From an uncultured Bacilli bacterium (lineage in GTDB: Bacteria; Bacillota_I; Bacilli_A; RF39; UBA660): a stretch of DNA of 64,000 nt. Below, one piece after another: positions 55,806-63,341 of this stretch. The notes beneath the pieces were generated by a model. It did not search any database. It worked only from the letters and a program-made list of their open reading frames with translations, and was not told where the DNA came from. The stretch covers positions 7,927 to 71,926 of the forward strand of contig CAKOJQ010000006.1 of assembly GCA_934090795.1 (NCBI GenBank). The letters run 5' to 3'. Both the position numbers and the translations under genes were made by a program. How positions within the stretch are numbered: position 1 is the first letter of the stretch; each line of letters begins with the position of its first letter.

Positions 55806-56088
55806 TTTACAAAGTAAGTTTGTGAAAGCTATAATAATTAATAAATATTAATTAATTCGGGGTGTGCTTTGGGTAGTAAAGAAATTGCAAGAAAGTAAGC
55901 AATCTTATCTACGCTAGATATAACTATAGTTAAGAAGAAAGAAAACTTCAAAAGATAAGTAATCGCCATGAATACTGATAATATTCTTGTAATAACTAAA
56001 TAATGATTTTTAAAAGAAATTTATTATTCAAGTTTGTGATTATTCTAAAAACTAGGACTAATTATTTTATCAGAGTAATTAGTTTTTT
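55806..56088 (+). other. Orphan promoter-to-terminator unit (~245 nt, non-coding): candidate leader or ncRNA upstream of the acyltransferase gene
   Basis: TTTACA (55806-55811), 18 nt, TATAAT (55830-55835). Local hairpins ATTGC...GCAAT and TATCTA-cgc-TAGATA, plus a long-range CTTATCT/AGATAAG pair. Terminator ACTAATTA, 11-nt loop, TAATTAGT, then T6 (56057-56088). Confidence 0.3.
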
Positions 56089-56132
56089 ATTTTGCTAAAA
56101 TTATGTTATATTTATATTAGGGTGTGATTTTT

Positions 56133-57233
56133 ATGAAAAAAGTAGTAGTTAATACCAAAAGAAATACTAATATTGAGATTTTAAGAATAATAGCGATATT
56201 ATTAATAGTTATAAGTCATTATAGTGTTCATAATGTTACTAATGTTAAGGAATTATCTTTCGGAATAAATAAAATCTTATTACAAATGATGACATTAGGT
56301 AATATAGGTAGTGAATTATTTATATTAATTACTGGTTATTATTTAATAAATAGTTCCAAAGTTAAATTAAGCAAATTACTTAAATTATGGCTCCAAATAA
56401 TTTTTTATTCAGTTGGAGTTTATATCTTATTTGTATTATTAAATTTAGAACCATTTTCTTATAAAACATTTATCAAAAGCTTTTTTCCAATCACTTTTGA
56501 AGAATATTGGTTTGCCAGCGTCTACTTTATCATTTATCTATTTCATCCATACATTAATGTGATGATAAATAATTTAAATAAAAAAGATCTTATAAAATTA
56601 ATATCATTAAGTCTCATAGTGTTTTCGGTTCTAAATTTTATCACTGGTCAGCTATATAATTTCAATGAATTAATCCAATTAATAATTATATACTTAATTG
56701 GTGCTTACTATGGAAAATATAAAGACAATTATTTAAATAAAAATAAATCAGTAAAACTATTTATTATATCCCTGCTCATATTAATTCTATCAACTATTGG
56801 TTTAGAATATCTAAATAATAATATAGGTATTAGATTTATTGATTATTTATACAGTCGTAATTCTTTTATAGTAATCATGATTTCAGTATCACTATTTAAT
56901 ATCTTTAAGAGTAACAAAGAGTTTTCCAATAAAATTATCAATAATGTATCAAGCTGTGTTTTTGGAGTATATCTATTATCCGAAACACCAATTATGAGAA
57001 GCTACTTATGGAAAAATATTTTTAATAATTATAATTATGTTTCTTCATATTATTTAATCATCCATATGCTTATTTCAGTTTTATTAACTTTTATAGTTTG
57101 CCTAATTGTTGAAGAAATAAGAAAATTAACATTGGAGTTATTTTATAATAAATTTATATCTAAAAGGGTAGATAATATATCCGAAAAATTAAATAATTTT
57201 TATCTAAAGTTAGTTAATAATTTTGTTAAATAA
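56133..57233 (+). CDS. Acyltransferase family 3 membrane protein (O-acyltransferase-like)
   Basis: NIEILRIIAILLIVISHY is the typical Acyl_transf_3 N-terminus. About 10 TM helices. Confidence 0.65.
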   Translation: MKKVVVNTKRNTNIEILRIIAILLIVISHYSVHNVTNVKELSFGINKILLQMMTLGNIGSELFILITGYYLINSSKVKLSKLLKLWLQIIFYSVGVYILFVLLNLEPFSYKTFIKSFFPITFEEYWFASVYFIIYLFHPYINVMINNLNKKDLIKLISLSLIVFSVLNFITGQLYNFNELIQLIIIYLIGAYYGKYKDNYLNKNKSVKLFIISLLILILSTIGLEYLNNNIGIRFIDYLYSRNSFIVIMISVSLFNIFKSNKEFSNKIINNVSSCVFGVYLLSETPIMRSYLWKNIFNNYNYVSSYYLIIHMLISVLLTFIVCLIVEEIRKLTLELFYNKFISKRVDNISEKLNNFYLKLVNNFVK

Positions 57234-57255
57234 AATTATTAATTTTTTGTCTTAT

Positions 57256-57282
57256 TTTAGCACTCATACTTGACAAGTGCTA
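57256..57282 (+). promoter_or_regulatory. CIRCE (HrcA operator) overlapping the clpB promoter
   Basis: TTAGCACTC-ATACTTGAC-AAGTGCTAA versus the consensus TTAGCACTC-N9-GAGTGCTAA (one mismatch). TTGACA (57269-57274) lies inside the element and TGTTATAAT at 57288-57296. Confidence 0.8.
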
Positions 57283-57344
57283 AAAAAGTGTTATAATACA
57301 TAATGTATATGGAAAATATACATAATTAAAAAGGAGGGGTATAT

Positions 57345-59456
57345 ATGAATATGGAAAATTCATTTGGGGAAAGTTTACAAAATCCCTTAGAAAAATATGG
57401 TAGAGATATAACCAAAGCTGTTAAAGATGGTAAAGTTGATCCTGTTATCGGAAGAGATGAAGAAGTTCGAAGTATAACTAGAATTTTGTCTCGCAAAACA
57501 AAAAACAATCCAGTATTAATTGGTGAGCCAGGTGTTGGTAAAACTGCTATCGTTGAAGGACTTGCCCAAAGAATTGTAAAAGGCGATGTGCCAAACAGTT
57601 TAAAAAATAAAACAATATGGGAATTAGATATGGGAGCCTTAATTGCCGGTGCTAAATATCGTGGTGAATTTGAAGAAAGATTAAAAGCTGTCTTAAAAGA
57701 AATTAAAGATTCTAATGGTGAAATAATCTTATTTATCGATGAAATACACATGATTGTTGGAGCCGGTGCCCTAGAAGGAGCAATGGATGCTGGTAACATG
57801 CTAAAACCAATGCTTGCTAGAGGCGAAATATTATGTATAGGTGCTACAACCTTAAACGAATATCGTAAATATATTGAAAAAGATGGTGCCTTAGAAAGAC
57901 GTTTCCAAAAAGTTATTGTACAAGAACCAAGCGTTTTAGATACAATTACCATCCTTCGTGGACTAAAAGAAAGATTTGAAGTTCATCATGGAGTTAATAT
58001 TAAAGATAGAGCACTTATAGCTGCTGCTAATCTTTCAAATAGATATATAACGGATCGTTTCTTACCAGATAAAGCCATTGATTTAATTGATGAAGCCTGT
58101 GCTACAATTAAAGTTCAAATGGACTCTGTTCCAACTGAATTAGATACATTAACCAGAAAAATTATGCGTCTAGAAATTGAGAAACAAGCTTTAAAGAAAG
58201 AAAAAGATGAGTTAAGCAAAAAGAGAGTAGAAGAAATAGATAATGATTTAGTTAAATTAAAAGAAGATGAATCTCGTCTAAGAAATGATTGGGAAAGAGA
58301 AAAATCTATTAACGATCAAATTAAATCTAAAAAAGAAGAAATCTCTCGTGCTAACTTTAAACTAGAACAAGCCGAAAACACCTATGATTTAGAAACAGCC
58401 GCTAGATTAAGACATGGAACTATTCCTAAACTTGAAAAAGAATTAGAAGAATTAAATAAACAAAATAAGAATGAAATCTTATCAGATACAGTTGACGAAG
58501 AAGACATCGCTAAAATAATTTCTAATTGGACTAAAATTCCAATAAGTAAATTAGTTGGTGGAGAAAGAGAAAAAATAATTCATTTAGAAGAAAACATGAA
58601 AAAACGTGTTAAAGGTCAAGATGAAGCATTAAAATTAGTAAGTGAAGCAATAATCCGTTCAAGAGCTGGAATCAAAGATCCAAATAGACCAATAGGTTCA
58701 TTTATTTTCTTAGGTCCAACTGGTGTTGGTAAAACTGAAGTTGCTAAAACACTTGCCTACGAATTATTTGATGATGAAAGACATATTATTCGTATCGATA
58801 TGAGTGAATATATGGAAAGTCATTCAGTATCACGTTTAGTTGGAGCGCCTCCAGGATACGTTGGATACGATGAAGGTGGTCAATTAACTGAAGCAGTAAG
58901 ACGTAATCCTTATAGTATTGTCCTATTTGATGAAATCGAAAAAGCTCATAAAGATGTCTTTAACATTCTATTACAAATCTTAGATGATGGACGAATCACT
59001 GATTCTCAAGGAAGAACCGTAGATTTTAAAAATACTATCATTATAATGACATCAAATTTAGGTAGTGAATTTATTTTAGAAAACGTTCCAGATAAAGATA
59101 AATTAGTAATGGATGAATTAAAGAGAACATTTAAACCTGAGTTTATCAACCGTATAGATGAAATAATTATGTTTAAATCACTTGATAAAAAGACTGTTTA
59201 TGAAATATTGGATAAAATTATAATCGATATTGAAAAACGTTTAGATGATAAAAAAATAAAACTTAATTTAACAAGTACTGCTAAAGATTATATTATCAAT
59301 AATTCTTATGATGAAAAATATGGTGCTAGACCAATAAAAAGATTTGTTTCAAGAAATTTAGAAACCTTGCTTGCTACCGAAATAATAAACGATAATATTA
59401 AATTTGGTGAGACAGTTAACATAGACGTTAAAGATGATCATTTAATAATAAAATAA
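57345..59456 (+). CDS. clpB: ClpB-type AAA+ disaggregase lacking the N-terminal domain
   Basis: [53 protein letters not shown] (NBD1), a coiled-coil middle domain, GPTGVGKTE (NBD2), and ARPIKRF. The protein begins where NBD1 begins, and the promoter/CIRCE lies directly upstream. Confidence 0.9.
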   Translation: MNMENSFGESLQNPLEKYGRDITKAVKDGKVDPVIGRDEEVRSITRILSRKTKNNPVLIGEPGVGKTAIVEGLAQRIVKGDVPNSLKNKTIWELDMGALIAGAKYRGEFEERLKAVLKEIKDSNGEIILFIDEIHMIVGAGALEGAMDAGNMLKPMLARGEILCIGATTLNEYRKYIEKDGALERRFQKVIVQEPSVLDTITILRGLKERFEVHHGVNIKDRALIAAANLSNRYITDRFLPDKAIDLIDEACATIKVQMDSVPTELDTLTRKIMRLEIEKQALKKEKDELSKKRVEEIDNDLVKLKEDESRLRNDWEREKSINDQIKSKKEEISRANFKLEQAENTYDLETAARLRHGTIPKLEKELEELNKQNKNEILSDTVDEEDIAKIISNWTKIPISKLVGGEREKIIHLEENMKKRVKGQDEALKLVSEAIIRSRAGIKDPNRPIGSFIFLGPTGVGKTEVAKTLAYELFDDERHIIRIDMSEYMESHSVSRLVGAPPGYVGYDEGGQLTEAVRRNPYSIVLFDEIEKAHKDVFNILLQILDDGRITDSQGRTVDFKNTIIIMTSNLGSEFILENVPDKDKLVMDELKRTFKPEFINRIDEIIMFKSLDKKTVYEILDKIIIDIEKRLDDKKIKLNLTSTAKDYIINNSYDEKYGARPIKRFVSRNLETLLATEIINDNIKFGETVNIDVKDDHLIIK

Positions 59457-59463
59457 AAAAATA

Positions 59464-59499
59464 AAACTAGTCATAAATTTAAATTTGACTAGTTTTTTT
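59464..59499 (+). terminator. Terminator of clpB
   Basis: AAACTAGTCA, 12-nt loop, TGACTAGTTT, then T run. Confidence 0.75.
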
Positions 59500-59512
59500 G
59501 CACCCAAATATC

Positions 59513-59541
59513 TTGAACTTATAAATCTTCTTTGTTATAAT
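59513..59541 (+). promoter_or_regulatory. Promoter of the four-gene operon 59570-64000+
   Basis: TTGAAC (59513-59518), 17 nt, TGTTATAAT (-10 at 59536-59541). Confidence 0.6.
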
Positions 59542-59569
59542 TTTTAATAGAATAGAAAGTAGTGATTTT

Positions 59570-60694
59570 GTGAATATTGATAATTATGAAGATTACTTTA
59601 AATATAAGATTAAAACTGTATATCAGTATTCAATCTTACTATCAAAAATACTAGGAATTGATAAAAACAAATTATGGCATAAGAAAAAAGATACTGAAGA
59701 TAGTTTAAATTACATAATAAATGATTACTTTAATAAAATAACTATCCCAGTTGATAAAGATTTAGTTAGATGTTTTATTAATAACAAAGAAATATTAAAA
59801 TATAACATCGACCGTGAACTTGATAGTGTAATAACTTATTTTATTGATAAAGAAAGAGCGTTTGAAATTAAAGCCTATGAAAAAGAAATAATTCTTTGTG
59901 CAATAGTTATATATATAGCTAATAACATAGATATTTCAACTAGTCCTTATACAATCAATAAAGTAAATTATAAAACAATCCTTGTAAATTATTTAGAAAA
60001 ATTTAATAAAACAACCTTTGTACATATAATAGATGATGGTAAAAAGAATACTAATATATTATTAGAACTTATTAAAACTAATGTAAGAAAAGAAAGAAAA
60101 ATATACGAACTATTAAATAGTAATATTTCCTTTAATAAATATATTGATATATCTAAAGAAAATAATTATTACATAACTCAGTATAATTATTCGGTTCCTG
60201 GACTAAAAGATATAAATAGTGGGGCAGTAAATTACATTTTTAATAAAGATGGTTATGATAATAAATTTACTATCATTAGTGCAGAATTAGTAGTTGTAAC
60301 ATTAATGAAATTATTATCAGTAAGAAAATTTAATAAAGTATTTTTTATACCTATAAAAAAGAAATTCTTACTAGATGATACATATTTTAATAAAATAAAA
60401 AATCTAAATAAAAATAAATATTTAAAAAATCGAATAATGTTATTAATTAATTATGATGATATTGATGAAATTATTTTATTTAAACTAAAAAAGAGCAAAT
60501 TAAATTATTATATCTATGCTAGTAAAAATACTAAAGTAAAAGATATAGATAATAATGAAAGATACTTAATAAGTAAAGATTTCTATATAGAACATAAAGA
60601 ATTAATTGATAAAAAGCAAAAAGAAAAGATTGAAATTATAATAGAAGCATTTGATGGTTTAGTGCTAGACCGTAATATTGCAGAAGAAAGTTAG
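59570..60694 (+). CDS. Hypothetical protein (374 aa), first gene of the McrB-like operon
   Basis: From the ORF track. GTG start; there is no in-frame ATG for about 240 codons. Its stop TAG is embedded in the SD (TAGGAG) of the next gene. No recognisable motif. Confidence 0.5.
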   Translation: MNIDNYEDYFKYKIKTVYQYSILLSKILGIDKNKLWHKKKDTEDSLNYIINDYFNKITIPVDKDLVRCFINNKEILKYNIDRELDSVITYFIDKERAFEIKAYEKEIILCAIVIYIANNIDISTSPYTINKVNYKTILVNYLEKFNKTTFVHIIDDGKKNTNILLELIKTNVRKERKIYELLNSNISFNKYIDISKENNYYITQYNYSVPGLKDINSGAVNYIFNKDGYDNKFTIISAELVVVTLMKLLSVRKFNKVFFIPIKKKFLLDDTYFNKIKNLNKNKYLKNRIMLLINYDDIDEIILFKLKKSKLNYYIYASKNTKVKDIDNNERYLISKDFYIEHKELIDKKQKEKIEIIIEAFDGLVLDRNIAEES

Positions 60695-60704
60695 GAGAAT
60701 TAAT

Positions 60705-62204
60705 ATGAGCGTAAGTACAAATAGTGATTTTTTTCTTGAATTCATGGAACCTTTAATAGGTGGAATATGGGATTTATTTAAAGGAATAGGTAATGCATTA
60801 ATAAGAATTTTTAATATAGCCAATTACATAGATATTATTAATAAATATAATGGGGTTAGTCCTTTTATTATAATTATTTCTATATTAAGTTTATTAGTTT
60901 TATTTGGTATAATTGGTTTCTTATTATATCGTTTAATTAAGAGATTAATTAAATTTAGACATAATGTTCATCATCAAGAAACATTAGTTGATGAAATTGA
61001 AAGTTTAAATAATGATGTTGCTAAACTTCGTGCTGAAAATGATCGATACAAAGAAATGGCAAATGCCGCTAATAACGATGAAGTAGAGTATGATGAAAAT
61101 GGTAATGTTATTACTAAAGTAAGTGATAGCAGATTCTATAAGTTAACTAAAATTGATGAAGAATATGCAAATTATGTTAAACCAGATTGGCATGAAACAA
61201 TTGAATTAGATGCTTTATGTGAACAATTTAGAAATTATGCTGCTAGTAAATTACATTTATATTATGATATTAATTTAATTAGATTATTCGTAAGTGCTTT
61301 TGCATCAAATAGATTAATTATCTTACAAGGTATTTCTGGTACAGGTAAAACAAGTTTAGCCTATGCTTGGGGATACTTTGTTAAAAATGAAAGTACAATC
61401 GCATCAGTTCAACCTTCATGGAGAGATAGTACTGAAATTTATGGTTATTTTAACGAATTTACCAAAAGATTTAATGAAACTCAAGTTCTTGCTAAAATGT
61501 ATGAAGCAAGATACAATCCTCAAATTTATTTAACAGTGTTAGATGAAATGAATATCTCTCGTGTTGAATATTATTTTGCTGAAATGCTTTCAGTATTAGA
61601 ACTTCCATCAACTGATGAATGGATTATAAGTTTAGTTCCAAATGCTTGGCCTAACGATCCAAAATTATTAGAAGAAGGAAGATTTAGAATTCCAAATAAC
61701 ATGTGGTATTGTGGTACTATCAATAACGATGACTCAACATTTATGGTAACTGATAAAGTTTACGACCGTGCCTTACCAATTAACATTGATAACAAGAGTG
61801 TACCATTTGAAGCACCTGATACAGAACCACTTGATATAACTGCTGATTACTTCATGAGCTTATTTAAAAAAGCTTGGGTAGATCATCCACTATCAGAAGA
61901 TGTTCTAAATAAAATTGAAAAAATGGATAATTATGTAATTAATCATTTTAGAATGGCTTTTGGTAACCGTATTTTAAAACAAATTAAAGATTATGTACCC
62001 GTATTTGTTGCCTGTGGTGGCGATGAAATGGTTGCAGTTGATTATCTAATAGCTAATAAAATATTAAGAAAATTTAATCAATTAAACCTAGCTTATATTA
62101 GAGGCGAAATTGATGGATTTAAATCATTCTTAGATGAAACATTTGGACAAGATGTTATGAAGGAATGTAAAGAATTCTTAGATAGATTAAAGAAACAAAT
62201 GTAA
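60705..62204 (+). CDS. Membrane-anchored McrB-family (AAA_5-type) NTPase
   Basis: N-terminus: an amphipathic segment, the TM helix FIIIISILSLLVLFGIIGFLLY, and a short coiled coil. Core: LILQGISGTGKTS (Walker A), ASVQPSWRDSTEIYGYF, LTVLDEMNISRVEYYFAEMLSVLE (Walker B block) and YCGTINNDDSTFMVTDKVYDRA. These are collinear with E. coli McrB blocks GPPGVGKT / QFHQSYSYEDF / IIDEINRANLSKVFGE / GLMNTADRS..DYALRRRF. Confidence 0.7.
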   Translation: MSVSTNSDFFLEFMEPLIGGIWDLFKGIGNALIRIFNIANYIDIINKYNGVSPFIIIISILSLLVLFGIIGFLLYRLIKRLIKFRHNVHHQETLVDEIESLNNDVAKLRAENDRYKEMANAANNDEVEYDENGNVITKVSDSRFYKLTKIDEEYANYVKPDWHETIELDALCEQFRNYAASKLHLYYDINLIRLFVSAFASNRLIILQGISGTGKTSLAYAWGYFVKNESTIASVQPSWRDSTEIYGYFNEFTKRFNETQVLAKMYEARYNPQIYLTVLDEMNISRVEYYFAEMLSVLELPSTDEWIISLVPNAWPNDPKLLEEGRFRIPNNMWYCGTINNDDSTFMVTDKVYDRALPINIDNKSVPFEAPDTEPLDITADYFMSLFKKAWVDHPLSEDVLNKIEKMDNYVINHFRMAFGNRILKQIKDYVPVFVACGGDEMVAVDYLIANKILRKFNQLNLAYIRGEIDGFKSFLDETFGQDVMKECKEFLDRLKKQM

Positions 62205-62226
62205 AAAATAGAAAGAAGGATAATTT

Positions 62227-63330
62227 ATGAACAATGAAATTGGACTTTTAGTACAAGATTTACCTCAAGAGGATGCTGATAAATACATAAAAGAAACAAC
62301 TTCAACATTTACAGCAAATCATAATATCCATAAAATTGAAATAGATTATTCTTGGGTAGATGTAATTGAAGAGGCAATTCCTGCTATTGATAATATCATC
62401 AGGAATCCTCGTAGATTTATCGTTTCCGAAGAAGATGTAGTTAGAATTGAAAAAACTAAAAAGATATCCCTAGAATCAATTAAAGATTTAGCAGTTCATA
62501 CTAATTATATTCAAGAAGTAGATGATGATGGATTTGTTAAACCAATAAAATTACTTAATATCTTTAAAGAAGAAACTATCGATCTATACGAAAATAGATT
62601 TATTTATACCCTTATTACTACTTTAAATCGTTTTGTTGAAGAACAACTTACCTATAAAGAACAGTCAGAAGAAAATACTAATGAAAAAAAACTTAATTAC
62701 GATTCTAAAACCAAATATAATAATCAAGATGTCGTAGTTAAATTAGAAATTACAGCTAAAGAAGAACAGGAAATGACAACAAGCGAGGAAGAGTTAAAAT
62801 CTCGTGAAGAAAAAATTAAACATATTCAAGATGTTTTAGAAGATTTTATGTCTAGTAAATTTATGAAAATGATGAAAGGTGCAACAGTTGTTAGAAGTCC
62901 AATAAGAAAAACAAATGTTATTTTAAAAGATTACAACTTTGTAACTGCCCTACATTTATGGGAAACAATTGAAGATTTTGAAGTAAATAGTCCAGTTAAA
63001 GAAAAAAACGAACAAACAGATTTATCAACTCCTTCAATGAAACATAACCTAGATTTAACATCATTTCTAAACTATTGCATTTTAAATGATACAATTTCAA
63101 AAAGAGGAAGTGTAATGCCTCTTCAAAATATCGATATAGTAGAAACTGTATTTGAATATGCTAGTAAATTCGATATCGATGAAAAAGAATTAAGAAAAAA
63201 ATTAGAAAATAAAATAAATGCAGCAACTGCGTTTAAAAATATTGAAAAAGATAATGCTAGAAAAGCTTATAAGAGCTTTATAGATAGTCATAATTCAAGA
63301 TTTAGTAAAGCAACAAACTTATTTAAATAA
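62227..63330 (+). CDS. Hypothetical protein in the McrC/DUF2357 position; no nuclease motif seen
   Basis: SD GAAGGA. YENRFIYTLITTLNRFVEEQ is reminiscent of McrC/DUF2357 N-domains (weak, recalled). Central Glu/Lys-rich coiled coil. I could not find a PD-(D/E)xK pattern by eye. Confidence 0.5.
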   Translation: MNNEIGLLVQDLPQEDADKYIKETTSTFTANHNIHKIEIDYSWVDVIEEAIPAIDNIIRNPRRFIVSEEDVVRIEKTKKISLESIKDLAVHTNYIQEVDDDGFVKPIKLLNIFKEETIDLYENRFIYTLITTLNRFVEEQLTYKEQSEENTNEKKLNYDSKTKYNNQDVVVKLEITAKEEQEMTTSEEELKSREEKIKHIQDVLEDFMSSKFMKMMKGATVVRSPIRKTNVILKDYNFVTALHLWETIEDFEVNSPVKEKNEQTDLSTPSMKHNLDLTSFLNYCILNDTISKRGSVMPLQNIDIVETVFEYASKFDIDEKELRKKLENKINAATAFKNIEKDNARKAYKSFIDSHNSRFSKATNLFK

Positions 63331-63341
63331 AGGAGGTTAAA

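Noticed and set aside
57326-57952. 208-aa ORF antisense to clpB
   Set aside because: It lies entirely inside the NBD1 coding region of clpB. It is Pro/Ser/Ala/Ile-rich and has no SD. This is the typical shadow ORF of a conserved AAA+ gene. The same reasoning applies to 23878-24339, 25243-25659, 36931-37209, 33103-33462, 46435-46662 and the other short antisense or nested ORFs in the track.
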